From an uncultured delta proteobacterium (GTDB lineage Bacteria; Myxococcota; Myxococcia; Myxococcales; Myxococcaceae): 64,000 bases of DNA. Made by a program: the position numbers and the translations under genes. Positions 10,533 through 22,729 of this stretch are shown in pieces (positions within the stretch are counted from its first letter, which is position 1; each line of letters opens with the position of its first letter). Below the pieces are notes generated by a model. It worked only from the letters and a program-made list of their open reading frames with translations. It was not told the DNA's origin and ran no database searches. The DNA lies in assembly GCA_963771175.1 (NCBI GenBank), contig CAVYSY010000033.1, positions 192,001 through 256,000 of the forward strand. Direction: 5' to 3'.

Positions 10533-11515
10533 CCATGGCCGCTGAGACCAAGATCGCCCGCTGGAAGCTCGTCGTGGGTTACGGTGCGTTCTCGCTCGTG
10601 GCCCTCGTGCTGTGCCTGAGCCTCACCTTCCCGTACGACACGCTGCGCAAGCGCGCCGTGGACGCGGCGGCGGACGCGGGGTTCGCGCTGCGCATCGGCT
10701 CGCTGCGGCCTGGGCTGCGGGGGCTGACGGCCACCAACGTGCGCCTGAGCAAGGTGCCCAACGGGATGACGCCCGAGCTGCGGAGCATGCTCGCCAGCAG
10801 CACCTCCCTGCTGCCCGGCCCCGAGGAGCTGGGCGAGCCGCTCACCATCGACTCGGTGGCGCTGCGCCCGTCGCTGATGCCGCTGGGGGTGGCCTTCCAC
10901 CTCAACCTGATGGGCGGCAGCGTCAGCGGCAACATGGGCGGGATGAGCGACGTGCAGGTGGCGGTGAAGCTGGCGGACCTGGATCCCTCGAAGGGCAACC
11001 TCAAGGGCTTCAGCGGGGTGGACCTGACGGGCAAGTTGAACGGCTCGCTCAACCTCACCATGCCGAAGACCCGGGGCCAGCCGGACCTGAGCCAGGCCAA
11101 CGGGCAGCTCGCGCTGGACACGAAGGAGCTGCTCATCGCGGGCGGCAACGTCACCGTGCCCATGTACGGCCAGCCCACGCCGATGGACCTGCCCCGGATT
11201 GCCCTGGGTGACATCGACGCGCGCATCAAGATCGAGAAGGGGCTGGGCACCGTCGAGGCGCTGCAGGCCAAGAGCGAGGACCTGGAAGTGCGGGGCTCGG
11301 GCACGGTGAAACTGGGCCAGCGGCTGGACGTGAGCCAGCCGGACATGAACTTCAAGCTGCGCGCCGAGCCGGAGTTCGTGAAGCGCCTGGGCCTGCTGGG
11401 CGCGGGCCTGTCCATCCTCCCCGCGGACAAGGAGGACCCGAATTTCCGCGCGGCGCACCTGTCCGGCTTCTTCAACCGGCCCAACTTCGGTCCCGCGCGC
11501 CCGACCATGCGCTAG
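10529..11515 (+). CDS. gspN: T2SS protein GspN
   Basis: N-terminal TM with LTFPYD; beta-rich body; last gene of the operon. Confidence 0.8.
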   Translation: MTMAAETKIARWKLVVGYGAFSLVALVLCLSLTFPYDTLRKRAVDAAADAGFALRIGSLRPGLRGLTATNVRLSKVPNGMTPELRSMLASSTSLLPGPEELGEPLTIDSVALRPSLMPLGVAFHLNLMGGSVSGNMGGMSDVQVAVKLADLDPSKGNLKGFSGVDLTGKLNGSLNLTMPKTRGQPDLSQANGQLALDTKELLIAGGNVTVPMYGQPTPMDLPRIALGDIDARIKIEKGLGTVEALQAKSEDLEVRGSGTVKLGQRLDVSQPDMNFKLRAEPEFVKRLGLLGAGLSILPADKEDPNFRAAHLSGFFNRPNFGPARPTMR

Positions 11516-11590
11516 CAGCGTGGGCTCCCCTCTCCCGCTCACCACGCTGGGCGCTCTTCCGCCCATGCGTGGCCAGTCAGCCGAGGAGTT

Positions 11591-13276
11591 TCAGGGGAGC
11601 AGCTGGATGTCGTCGACGTAGAGCGTGCCCTGGTCTCCGCCCGACTGATCCTGGATGTAGAGCGCCCGCAACGTGCCGGCGCTCACGCCGAGGCGGCTGA
11701 ACGGGATGACGAGCTGCTGCCAGGTGCCCGGCTGGACGGGGTGGCCCAGCGCCGCGTCCAGGCGGATCTCCCCGAGGGCGTTCGAGCCATCACCGAGCAG
11801 CACGCGCGCGATCTGCCCACCAGAGGTGCCGCCGTTCACCCAGAGCGACAGGGCCTTGTAGCGGCTGAGGTCCACGCCCGTGCTGCTGTGGAAGAAGAGG
11901 CTCTCCCAGCCGTCCGGCTCGAAGGAGATGGCCGACGTGCCCGCGTGCACGCTGCCCTGCGCATTCAGGTCGTGCGTCGCCCAGCTCCAGTCGTCGAACC
12001 CGGAGTCGAGGCCGTCCGTGTAGAGGGTGAAGGGCGGCGTCGCCGGAGGGGGCGTGCTGGCGTGCACCAGCCGGATGTCGTCGAAATACACCGTGCCCTG
12101 GTCCACGCCCGTGTCGTCCTGGAGGTAGATGCCGCGCACGGTGCCCGTGGACAGGCCCATGCTGCCGAGCGGCACGATGATCTGCTGCCACGTGTCCGCC
12201 AGGATGGGATGGCCCAGCACCGTGTCCAGCCGCACCGAGCCCAGGAGCAGCGAGCCATCGTAGAACGCCAGCCGCACGCCCTGGCCGCCCGAGGTACCGC
12301 CGTTCACCCACAGCTCGATGGCCGAGAACTGGCTCGCATCGAGACCCGAGGCGTGGTGCAGGAAGAGGGCGTTCCAGCCATCGAGCTCGGCGGAGATGGA
12401 CGTCAGGCCGCCGTGCACCACGGCGCGGTTGCCGAGATCGCGCGTGGCCCAGCTCCAGTCCGCGAAGCCATCGCCCGGGGCGTCGTCATAGACGGTCGCG
12501 TGGCCGGAGGTGTCTCCCGTCCATCCATCCATCAGCGCCACGCCCTGGGCGACGGTGACGGGCTGGAGGTTCTTCGTCTGGAGGTAGTCGAGGATCGCCT
12601 CGAAGTCGCCGAGGTTGAGCTCCGAGGACTGGGTGGGCGTGCCGGCCACGAACTGGTGGAAGGTGAGGATGAGCCAGCTTCCATCGGCCGCGGCACTGTC
12701 GATCCACCCGCGCACCGTGGCCACGCTGATGCCGCTGTGCACGTCATAGGACCTCAGTTGGAGGATGTTGGAGTCCTTGAAGTTCTGGCCGCCGTTCACC
12801 GTGCGGTGGCTGCCGTAATACGTCCGCGCGGTGGCCAGCACGCTCGCGTCGTAGGCCCCATAGGGCGAGGCGAACGAGGGCACCGCCTGCAGGCCGAACT
12901 GCGTCTTCAACCACGCCTGCGAGTCGCGCAGCTCGGTCTCCACCTCCGTGGCGGACAGGGTGGTGAGATCCCGGTGCGTCATCGTGTGGGCGCCGAGCTC
13001 GTTGCCCTCGTCGAGGAGCGTCTGCACCTGCGGCACCGACATGAAGCTGCCCCACCCGTTGCGGATGCCCTCGGTGACCAGGAAGTAGGTGGCGGGGATG
13101 CCGCGCGCATTGAGCGCCGGGCGCGCCGCCGTGAACTGCGAGGGCCAGCCATCATCCAACGTGATGCTCACCATGGCTCGCTGGAACGGAGTCGCCGCCC
13201 ACGCGGGCCCAGCTCCCACCAGCAGGGCCACCGCGAGTCCTTGCCACATCCGACGCAAAACCTTCAGTCCGTCCAT
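11591..13276 (-). CDS. Secreted polysaccharide deacetylase (CE4) with two tandem CBM-like domains
   Basis: Signal peptide ending AWA; TLDDG, HTMTH, FASPYG, LTFH motifs; two ~160-aa repeats (DWSWA..LWVNGGTSGGQ..YxDDI); RBS GAGGGAG. Confidence 0.88.
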   Translation of the reverse strand: MDGLKVLRRMWQGLAVALLVGAGPAWAATPFQRAMVSITLDDGWPSQFTAARPALNARGIPATYFLVTEGIRNGWGSFMSVPQVQTLLDEGNELGAHTMTHRDLTTLSATEVETELRDSQAWLKTQFGLQAVPSFASPYGAYDASVLATARTYYGSHRTVNGGQNFKDSNILQLRSYDVHSGISVATVRGWIDSAAADGSWLILTFHQFVAGTPTQSSELNLGDFEAILDYLQTKNLQPVTVAQGVALMDGWTGDTSGHATVYDDAPGDGFADWSWATRDLGNRAVVHGGLTSISAELDGWNALFLHHASGLDASQFSAIELWVNGGTSGGQGVRLAFYDGSLLLGSVRLDTVLGHPILADTWQQIIVPLGSMGLSTGTVRGIYLQDDTGVDQGTVYFDDIRLVHASTPPPATPPFTLYTDGLDSGFDDWSWATHDLNAQGSVHAGTSAISFEPDGWESLFFHSSTGVDLSRYKALSLWVNGGTSGGQIARVLLGDGSNALGEIRLDAALGHPVQPGTWQQLVIPFSRLGVSAGTLRALYIQDQSGGDQGTLYVDDIQLLP

Positions 13277-13595
13277 GTGTCTCCCTCGTGATGAATGCTC
13301 CCCATCGCCAGAGAGCGCCTTCATCATAGAGAAGACAACGCAAGACCAAGAATACCTTAAATCCTTGAATTTTCCGAATAGGCCCCGTGAGCACAACGAG
13401 GGCCCTGAGCGGCGAACGACAGCAGAGCGTCCCGTACTCCTCCCCTCGGTTGAGGGACAGCCGACCTGGTCGGACTGCTGGAAGGCCGAGGTGTGCCAGC
13501 AGTTGCCCGTCTGCGCCCGGAAATCGGAGTGGCTTGCCCGGCAACCTTGGGTATGACACGCGTGGAAGCGCGATGAACCCAAAAGGACTGAACCC

Positions 13596-14279
13596 ATGAC
13601 TTCTTCCGCATCCCAGCACCTCCCGAAGGAGGGCGCTGAGCGCCCGAACCCAGCGGCCAACCCGGAGCCACGGAGTGACGCGCCGCGCTTCAGGGGAGCC
13701 CGCTCGGGGCTGCTGCGGCTCTGGCACTGGCTGACGGTGCTCGCGGTGACGGGGCTCGCCGCCACGTGGCTGTTGCGCAAGACCTTCCTGAACTACAGGG
13801 AGAACGCGCTCCTCCTCCAGCAGAAGCTCCAGGAGTACGGCATCTCCCTGGATGACGAGAAGGCCCGCGCCCTGGCCCGGGCGCTGCGCGAGGGGATGTG
13901 GCAGTGGCACTACAACTTCGGCTTCCTGCTGGCGACACTGCTGGTGCTGCGCTTCGTGGTGCGTGAGCCCCTGCCGTTCCGAGCGCGGAAGGGTGGCTCC
14001 TGGGAGTACCGAGGCGCGAAGGTGCTCCAGGCCCTCTTCTACGTCGTCATCTGCGGCATGGCCATGAGTGGCCTCGTCATCTACTTCAAGGAAGCGCTGG
14101 GGCTGGGCCAGGAGCTGACCGGCTTGCTCAAGGAGGCGCACGAGTGGGCCGCCTGGTACATCGTCGTGTACGCGGTGGCGCACGTCGGGGGCGTCATCCG
14201 GGCGGAGCTCACCCATTCCTCCGGACTGGTCTCGGACATGATTGGCCGGGGGCCCACGACGGGGAACGGCCCGGAGTGA
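13596..14279 (+). CDS. Cytochrome b/b561-type membrane protein
   Basis: Four TM helices with His in RLWHWL, WHY, AHEW, AHV. Confidence 0.8.
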   Translation: MTSSASQHLPKEGAERPNPAANPEPRSDAPRFRGARSGLLRLWHWLTVLAVTGLAATWLLRKTFLNYRENALLLQQKLQEYGISLDDEKARALARALREGMWQWHYNFGFLLATLLVLRFVVREPLPFRARKGGSWEYRGAKVLQALFYVVICGMAMSGLVIYFKEALGLGQELTGLLKEAHEWAAWYIVVYAVAHVGGVIRAELTHSSGLVSDMIGRGPTTGNGPE

Positions 14280-14397
14280 GGGAAGAGAGCCGGCGGGCGC
14301 ACGGCGGGCAGGCGGAGGGGCGATGGGGGGAGCCTGGGTCCGTGCGCGTGGCGCAGCACCCAGGCAACTTCACGCCCCATCTCACAACCCTGCCCGC

Positions 14398-15528
14398 CTA
14401 GAAGACCAGCACGCGCAGGCCGAGCTCGAGCTCGCCGCCCAGCTTCTTGCCGGTGAGGACGTTGCCGCGCAGGCCGAGTTCCATCGGGACGCCCGCCCGG
14501 AAGCGGAATCCAATGCCGGCGCCGGCCGAGAACGGGCTGCGATCCACGAGGAAGCCCAGTTGATCCTTCGTGGCGGTGAAGAAGGAGAGCCGTCCCGCTA
14601 CGAGCGCGTACACCGCGGAGTCCTGGAAGCGCACCAGCCGGTACCGCCCTCCGAGGTCGAAATAGTACTGCCCGAGCCACCTGTAGAATGGCCAGCTCGC
14701 GTCGGGGGTGCCGAGCACCCGGAGCGACGTGCCACCCACCGCGAGGCTCAGCTCGAAGGGATTCGCGAGCCGCACCGCGACGCTGGCCTCGTACCGCAAC
14801 GTCGCCATCGAGCCAGGCGTACCCGGGCCGTACGCCGCCGAGCCGCCGACGAGCAGGTTCCACCGCTTCCGCGAGCCGCGCTCCGCGGGGGGCGGCGTGC
14901 CCTCCGCATCAGCCACCACCGGCTCGTTCGAGCCACTCGTCACCTCACCCGGGCCGGACGCCGCCGTGGCCGGCGACTCCGCGGCGAACGCCTGGGCGAC
15001 CGCGTCGCTCGAAGCAGTCGCGCTGGTGGCGCTGGGAGTGGTGGCCCCGGTGAGGTCCAACCCCAGGCCTTCGGTCGCCATCGGCTGCGACGCTGGCTGC
15101 GACTCTGGCTGCGGCTCTGGCTGCGACTGCGGCTCGGCGGCCACGGTCAGCATGCGCGGGTCGGAAGCCATCCGCCGCGGGCCCGTCACCCGCCAGTAGT
15201 ACGTGCCGGGCTCGAGAGAGATCGCCGCATAGCGCCCTTTCACCGGGCGGTCGAAGACGGTGTCGGTGAACTGATCGTCGCGCGCGACCTCGAGGCGCAC
15301 GAGCTTCGCCACCACCCGCCACTTGAAGACGACCTTGCCCGGCTCGAGCTCGGCGTCCTCCGCGGGCGCGAGCAGTTGCGGCTGGGCACCCTTGCGGGCC
15401 TTGGCCTTGCTGGCCGAGCTACCGCCCCGTGCACCCCTGGCGGCCCAGGCACTCGGTCCCGGCATGCAGAGCCCGAGCACCAGAGAGAGAGACAGCACCG
15501 CACCCCAACGTGAAGGTCGAAAGTTCAT
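14398..15528 (-). CDS. Exported protein: FN3-like domain, low-complexity linker, C-terminal beta-barrel-like domain
   Basis: Signal peptide; LEVARDDQF..LEPGTYYWRV; amphipathic strands ending ELGLRVLVF. Confidence 0.65.
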   Translation of the reverse strand: MNFRPSRWGAVLSLSLVLGLCMPGPSAWAARGARGGSSASKAKARKGAQPQLLAPAEDAELEPGKVVFKWRVVAKLVRLEVARDDQFTDTVFDRPVKGRYAAISLEPGTYYWRVTGPRRMASDPRMLTVAAEPQSQPEPQPESQPASQPMATEGLGLDLTGATTPSATSATASSDAVAQAFAAESPATAASGPGEVTSGSNEPVVADAEGTPPPAERGSRKRWNLLVGGSAAYGPGTPGSMATLRYEASVAVRLANPFELSLAVGGTSLRVLGTPDASWPFYRWLGQYYFDLGGRYRLVRFQDSAVYALVAGRLSFFTATKDQLGFLVDRSPFSAGAGIGFRFRAGVPMELGLRGNVLTGKKLGGELELGLRVLVF

Positions 15529-15892
15529 CACACCGGGGATTGTAGAGCCCGATAGGAAGAAGGAAAGAGAGCGAAGTCCACCCGGCGGACGGATCAAGCC
15601 CTACGCAGCGTGATGACGGCGAGCTCCGCCGGAGCGCCCAGTCGCGAGGGCGGCCCGGTGGTGCCGGCGCCCCGGTTCAACCTGAAGCTCGCAGAGGAGA
15701 GCTCAAAGGATTGCTCACCTGGCGTGCCCCCCGGTTCGAGTGGCGCAATTGAAGGGTCCGGGCTCGAACTCCACCGGGAAGGGAACGTTTCGGGTCGGGC
15801 AATGCGGCACTACCCCGGTAATCACCCTTGGCGGTTGCGTGGCGGACACCCCACGGGTTAGGAGTGTCCCTCGACTCTTGTAGGAGGGCTCG

Positions 15893-17538
<1,646 letters not shown>

Positions 17539-17610
17539 GGCTCCCGGAGCCGCTCCGTCCACTCCTCGACACCCGCGGGTCCCAACCCGGACGCGCGGGC
17601 GGGGCGATTA

Positions 17611-17634
17611 GAACCTTTTTAAGGCCCGTGCGTT
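17611..17634 (+). promoter_or_regulatory. Candidate ECF-type promoter upstream of the ECF sigma gene
   Basis: GAACC...CGTT with AAC-N16-CGT spacing, 44 nt before the ATG. Confidence 0.45.
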
Positions 17635-17678
17635 CCAGCTTTCAGGCACCCGATGAGGGTGTCCAGGAGGCCTACACC

Positions 17679-18188
17679 ATGGATGCCGCGGCCATCGCCC
17701 TTCCTCCCTTCGCCGAGCTGTACCGCCAGTACCGCACACGGGCACTGGCCATCGCACGTCGCATCGTGGGCGACGCGGATGAAGCGGAGGATGTGGTCCA
17801 GGACGTCTTCACCCGGCTCGCCCAACGCCCCGGCGGCTTCGATGGCCGCTCGTCGTGCTCCACGTGGTTGCACCGTGTGATGGTGAACAGCAGCATCAAC
17901 TGGCTGCGAGCGCGCAGGCGCCGCGAGCGGCTGCAGCACGAGCCCGAGGCCCCGGCCTCGCCGGAGAGTCAGGCCGAGGGCACCGAGATGCAGCGCCACT
18001 TCGAGGAGGCGCTGCAGAAGGTGAGTGAGCAGCAGCGCCAGGTGCTGTGGCTGCGGGAGATGCGCGGCTACAGCTACCCGGAGATCGCCGCCATGCTGCG
18101 CATCCCCGAGGGCACGGTGAAGAGCGCCCTGCACCGGGGCCGCCAGCGCGCCCAGGCCGTCATGGAGGAGCGCGGCCAGGAGCTGTGA
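17679..18188 (+). CDS. ECF RNA polymerase sigma factor
   Basis: [48 protein letters not shown]. Confidence 0.92.
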   Translation: MDAAAIALPPFAELYRQYRTRALAIARRIVGDADEAEDVVQDVFTRLAQRPGGFDGRSSCSTWLHRVMVNSSINWLRARRRRERLQHEPEAPASPESQAEGTEMQRHFEEALQKVSEQQRQVLWLREMRGYSYPEIAAMLRIPEGTVKSALHRGRQRAQAVMEERGQEL

Positions 18189-18199
18189 GTCCCGTGGGG

Positions 18200-18866
18200 T
18201 CAGTCCTCGGTCTTCGACCCCACGAAGTAGTCATCCTTGTCGCGGAACAGGATGTTGAAGCTGGTGAGCGAGCCGTAGATGCGGGTGATGTAGCTCTGCA
18301 TCTCGACCTTCTCGGCGTCCGTCAGCTTCGGAGTGCGCGTTGAGCTTCTGCTCCATCACCCGCACCTTGTCCCGCACCATGACGATCTTGTGGAAGAAGG
18401 TGTCGATGGGGATGTCCTTCCCCTGCACGTCCGCCTTCCCGGGCACCAGCTTCAGCGTGCCGCCCTCCCACTTGTTCGCCAGCGGCGCCTCACCGCCCTC
18501 GCCCACCGCCTCCCGGATCAGCTCCATCAACTCCGCGCGCGTCATGTTCAGCTCCAGCCCTTCCAGGTCCACCACTTCGTTCGGGTCTCGCTCCCTCCGC
18601 CGCACCACCGGGGCCACGCTGCGCGCCGACCGCTCGCGCCGCGCCGCCTCCTCCGTCGCCTTGGCCGCCACGCCCCGCGGATGGAACTTGTTGCAGAGGG
18701 GCGCCGAGGGGGGGAACAACCCCCGCTCCGCCTGCAGCCGGCACACGCCCACCCAGCCCCGATGATCCACCGAGTGCGCCGCCCACAGCTTGCAGTTGCC
18801 GCACACCCGCTCGTCCGGTGCGAAGACCGGGAGGGGCGGAGGCCCGCTCTGGGCTGAGTCCGACAT
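18200..18866 (-). CDS. Hypothetical protein with N-terminal 4-Cys motif (one indel near 18330)
   Basis: CGNC..C..C; KWEGGTL..FFHKIVMVRD..YITRIYGSLTSFNILF after frame change; TGATG overlap with the S46 gene. Confidence 0.75.
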
Positions 18867-21037
18867 CAGCGACGCTCCTGGGCCTGGGCCCCTTGCGGAC
18901 GCCCAGCTCGCGCAGCAGCCCGTCGGCGTCCTCGACCTGATCCAACAGCCACAGCACGTAGCGCACGTCCACGTTGACGTTGCGTGCCACGTCCGGGTTG
19001 TAGCCGAAGTCGTTCGACACGTTCTCCCACACGCGGTCGAAGTTCACGCCCACGAGCTGGCCCTTGCCGTTCACCGTCGGGCTGCCCGAGTTGCCGCCCG
19101 TGGTGTCCGCGTCCGCGAGGAAGTTGACCGGCACGTCCTTCAGCCGCTGGTCCAGCCACGGCCCGTAGCGCTTCGCCTTGGCCGCCGCGGCCACCTTCTC
19201 CGGCACGTCGAAGGGCTCCTGGCCCGTGTGCTTCTCCATCACGCCCGCCAGCGTCGTCTGCGGCGTGTAGAAGGCGCCGTCCCGAGGCGCATAGCCCTTC
19301 ACCTTGGCGAAGGTCACCCGCAGCGTGCTGTTGGCGTCCGGCGCCACCGGCTTGCCCGCGTGCGCCAGCACCGCCCGGCGCCACTCGGGCATCAGTCGCA
19401 CGCTCGCCCCGGCCCGCCGGTCGCGCAGCTCGTCCAGCGCCACCACCTCCGCCGTCAGGTCGAAGCCGAAGTCCAGCAGCGGATCCTTCCGCGCCCGGAG
19501 CTGCGCCTCCGTCTCGCCGGACATCTTCTGCCGCTCCGCCAGGTCCATCAGCTTCGAGGCGGCATAGAGGGCGTCGATCTTCGCGGACACGTCCTTCTCC
19601 GCGGGCGTGCTGCCGAAGTGCCTGTCGATGGCCGCGATGCGCTCCCCCTCGCCGAGCGCCTGCGCCCGCCGCACCAGCGCCAGGAGCATCCGCTTGTCCG
19701 CCGGCGCGAAGAAGTTCTTCTGCTCGCGCTCCAGCTTGTCCTTGAGCCGGGGCAGCTCGCGCTCCATGTACTCGGGCCTGCGCTCGAGGTCCGGCTTCGC
19801 GCGTTCCTGCGACAGGCGCGCCACCGTCACGGCCAGCGCCGGTGCCTTCACCACCCCACGCACCGAGTCGAGCAGGAACTCGCGCTCGGACGTCCTCGTC
19901 TTCTCGGCCTGCAGGGATAGCAGCTCCGCGCGGGCCTTCAGCGCGCCCTGGTACTCCTTGCGCTTCTCCGCCCAGGCCACCACCGTCGCCTCGGCCTGCG
20001 CGCTGCTTCTCCACGAGGTGCCCGCGCTTGAGCCCCGCGAGCTGCCCGCCCGAGTTCTTGTAGCGGTTGTGCAGGCCCTTGAGATGAGAGGCCACGGCGA
20101 TCTTCCCGGCCGGGTCCTTCGCGCCCTCCTCCTCGAGGATGCGGATGAGCTCGCCGTACACGTCGACGACGCGCGGGTAGTAGCGCGCCTGCCGCTCGGC
20201 CATGTCATCCGCCAGCAGCGCGCGGAAGGTGGTGCCGGGGTAGCCCAGCACCATCACGAAGTCGTCCGGCTTCACGCCCTCGGTGGCCAGCGGGAAGAAG
20301 AACTCCGCCTTGTAGGGCACGTTCTGCGCGCTGTACTGCGCCGCCGAGCCGTCCGGCGCCGTGTAGGCGCGGATGATGGAGAAGTCGCCGGTGTGGCGCG
20401 GCCACATCCAGTTGTCCTCCTCGCCGCCGTACTCGCCCACCGCGCGCGGCGGCGCGTACACCAGCCGCACGTCCGCCAGCTCCACCGAGTCGCTCAGCAT
20501 GTACTGCAGGCCGCCGTCGAAGCCGGCCACCTTGCAGCGCGTGGCCGGGCGCTTCTCGCACTCGGCGACCAGCTCCTTCTCCTTGCGCTCCAGCGCCTTC
20601 TGCCGCGTGAGGTCGTCCGCTCCCACCGGCACCGCCGCCAGCATCTCCTTCGTCACGTCCGTGAAGCTGCGCGGCACCTGGATGCGCGCACCCTTGCCCG
20701 GCAGCTCCTCCTCGCGGCTCTTCGCCAGGAAACCCTGGGTGATGAGGTCCTTCTGCGGCGTGCTGTGCTCCTGGATGATGCCGAAGACACAGTGGTGGTT
20801 GGTGATGATCAGGCCGGACTCGGAGATGAAGGCGCCCGAGCAGCCGCCGATGTTCACCGTGCCCGCCAGCAGGCCAGTCCCCCGCTTGGGATCCCACAAC
20901 CTCTTGGGCGACACCTGGAGGCCCTGGGCCTTCAGCCACGCCGGGTCGAGCTCGAGGACCTGCTGGGGGGTCCACTTCCCTTCCCCAGCCAGCGCCGGGG
21001 CAGCCACGAGTGAAAGGAGCAGGAGCGTCTTCTTCAT
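18866..21037 (-). CDS. S46 family dipeptidyl peptidase (indels near 20000 and 18890)
   Basis: Signal peptide; EGKW, GGCSGAFIS, TNHHC, NWMWPRHTGDF, DTTGGNSGSP, GVNFD. Confidence 0.93.
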   Translation of the reverse strand: MKKTLLLLSLVAAPALAGEGKWTPQQVLELDPAWLKAQGLQVSPKRLWDPKRGTGLLAGTVNIGGCSGAFISESGLIITNHHCVFGIIQEHSTPQKDLITQGFLAKSREEELPGKGARIQVPRSFTDVTKEMLAAVPVGADDLTRQKALERKEKELVAECEKRPATRCKVAGFDGGLQYMLSDSVELADVRLVYAPPRAVGEYGGEEDNWMWPRHTGDFSIIRAYTAPDGSAAQYSAQNVPYKAEFFFPLATEGVKPDDFVMVLGYPGTTFRALLADDMAERQARYYPRVVDVYGELIRILEEEGAKDPAGKIAVASHLKGLHNRYKNSGGQLAGLKRGHLVEKQRAGRGDGGGLGGEAQGVPGRAEGPRGAAIPAGREDEDVRARVPARLGAWGGEGTGAGRDGGAPVAGTREAGPRAQARVHGARAAPAQGQAGARAEELLRAGGQADAPGAGAAGAGARRGGAHRGHRQALRQHARGEGRVREDRRPLCRLEADGPGGAAEDVRRDGGAAPGAEGSAAGLRLRPDGGGGGAGRAARPAGRGERATDARVAPGGAGARGQAGGAGRQQHAAGDLRQGEGLCASGRRLLHAADDAGGRDGEAHGPGALRRAGEGGRGGQGEALRAVAGPAAEGRAGQLPRGRGHHGRQLGQPDGERQGPARGRELRPRVGERVERLRLQPGRGTQRQRGRALRAVAVGSGRGRRRAAARAGRPQGAQAQERR

Positions 21038-21226
21038 CGTGCCCCCTCCCTATCTCGTCTTGGCTCCGCTGGCGACGGTCTCGGGCGAAGGGAGCCCGGA
21101 GAGGGGGGCACATCACCTCACCCCCGCCCTCGTCCAGGGGCTAACGCCCGCTTCCCCTGCCGCCGGCCCGGGGAGCGCGAGGAGCCTCGCGGAACAACCC
21201 CTGGGAGTCCGTGTTGAGGGCCCAAA

Positions 21227-21955
21227 ATGCAGACCTCGAGCGGCGCAAAGCTGAACTTCGGCCGGGTGGCCCTCCTCCTCGTACTCCTGGGCGCGGGTTG
21301 GTTCTTCTGGGACTCGCCTGCCCTGTGGCCCCTCAAGCTGCTGGTGGTGATGATGCACGAGAGTGGTCATGCACTCGCCACCCTGGTGGCCGGGGGCGCG
21401 GTGGAACGGATCACCCTCGCCGCTCTCGAGTCCGGCGCGTGCCTGTCCCGCATGCCCTCCAGCCTGACGGCCCAGGTGGCGGTCTCCTCCGCTGGCTACC
21501 TGGGCAGCGCGCTCGCCGGGGCCTTCCTGCTGCTGGCCACCTTCCGCTTCCGGCTGCGCCGCTGGGTGCTCGCCGCGGCGTGCGTGGGGCTCGCGGTGAT
21601 GGGCGTCCTCTATGCCGGCGACGGCTTCACCCTGGTCTTCTGCATGGGCACCGCGCTCGCGCTGGGGCTCGCGGCGAAGTACCTGCCGGATGGCGGCGTG
21701 GACATGCTCAACCTCTTCCTCGCCGCCTTCACCGCCCTCTACGTAGCGTTCGATCTACGCTCGGACCTGTGGCACGGCTCCGTCAGCGACGCAGCCGTGC
21801 TCGCCCACCTCACCCCCGTGCCCACCTGGGGCTGGGCCGCGCTCTGGACCTTCGTCTCGCTCGCGCTGCTCGGCCTCTTCACCCGGTGGTCGCTGCGCGC
21901 CGCGCGCCCGGAGAACATGGGGTATGGGCCTCAGCGCCTCGGACGCATCCGGTAA
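21227..21955 (+). CDS. M50 family membrane metallopeptidase (M50B-like)
   Basis: HESGH; AGYLG; SDA motif; multiple TM helices. Confidence 0.88.
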   Translation: MQTSSGAKLNFGRVALLLVLLGAGWFFWDSPALWPLKLLVVMMHESGHALATLVAGGAVERITLAALESGACLSRMPSSLTAQVAVSSAGYLGSALAGAFLLLATFRFRLRRWVLAAACVGLAVMGVLYAGDGFTLVFCMGTALALGLAAKYLPDGGVDMLNLFLAAFTALYVAFDLRSDLWHGSVSDAAVLAHLTPVPTWGWAALWTFVSLALLGLFTRWSLRAARPENMGYGPQRLGRIR

Positions 21956-22596
21956 GCCACGAAGGCGGCCACGTCCGGGAAGGCGAAGTACGGGTTGTGC
22001 TGGCGCACGTCGCCCAGGGCGGCCACCGGCACGTCCGCGTAGTCGTGCCCCGGGAAGAGCCGCGTGCTGTCCGGCACCTTCAGCAGCACCTGCGACAGCG
22101 AGCGGTACAGCTCCTCCGGGTTCCCCCCGCGCAAATCGCACCGGCCGCAGCCGTTGATGAAGACGGTGTCGCCCGATACCAGCGCGTCCTCCGCCAGCAG
22201 ACAGTGCGAGCCCGGAGTGTGCCCCGGGGTGTGCAGCGCCCGGAAGCCGCGCCCGCCCACGGTGAGGCTGTCGCCCGGCCCCAGTGGACGCAGCGCCCCG
22301 CCCGCCAGCGCACGCAGGTCCGCCGAGAAGTCCACCTCCTCGCGCTGCGCGTACACCGGCACGTCGTGGCGCGAGAGCAGTTCCGGCAGTCCGTTGGTGT
22401 GGTCGCCGTGGCAGTGAGAGATGAAGGCACCCACCAGGCGCTTGCCATCCTCCCCGAGGGCCTTCTCGATGGCGGGCACGTCCCAGGCCGGGTCCACCAC
22501 CAGGACCTCCGGCGAGTCCTTCGGGCCCACCAGGTACACGAAGTTGTCCATCGGCCCGAGCTTGAGCTGGCGCACATACAGAGCTTCCATCGTCAT
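21931..22596 (-). CDS. MBL-fold metallo-hydrolase (glyoxalase II/ETHE1-like)
   Basis: SHCHGDH, HTPGHTPG, SGDTVF..GCGRCD, PGHDY; RBS AGGAGG. Confidence 0.9.
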   Translation of the reverse strand: MTMEALYVRQLKLGPMDNFVYLVGPKDSPEVLVVDPAWDVPAIEKALGEDGKRLVGAFISHCHGDHTNGLPELLSRHDVPVYAQREEVDFSADLRALAGGALRPLGPGDSLTVGGRGFRALHTPGHTPGSHCLLAEDALVSGDTVFINGCGRCDLRGGNPEELYRSLSQVLLKVPDSTRLFPGHDYADVPVAALGDVRQHNPYFAFPDVAAFVAYRMRPRR

Positions 22597-22729
22597 CCTC
22601 CTGGCGGGGCTCCGCCCTACGGCGTCCGACCCCACTCTACGATTCCCGTGCCGGCCGGGCGCGGCTCTTGAGGAGAAACACCGCTTCGCATTTGAATGCG
22701 GACCCTTTCTCCCGCCGAGGAGTCCCCAC

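Noticed and set aside
17679..18188. ECF sigma activated by Ser/Thr phosphorylation
   Set aside because: Keeps the acidic EAED motif rather than the Ser/Thr-substituted form of kinase-activated ECFs
18490..20208. S46 C-terminal read-through overlapping the downstream gene
   Set aside because: Better explained by an indel near 18890; a natural TGATG junction exists at 18866
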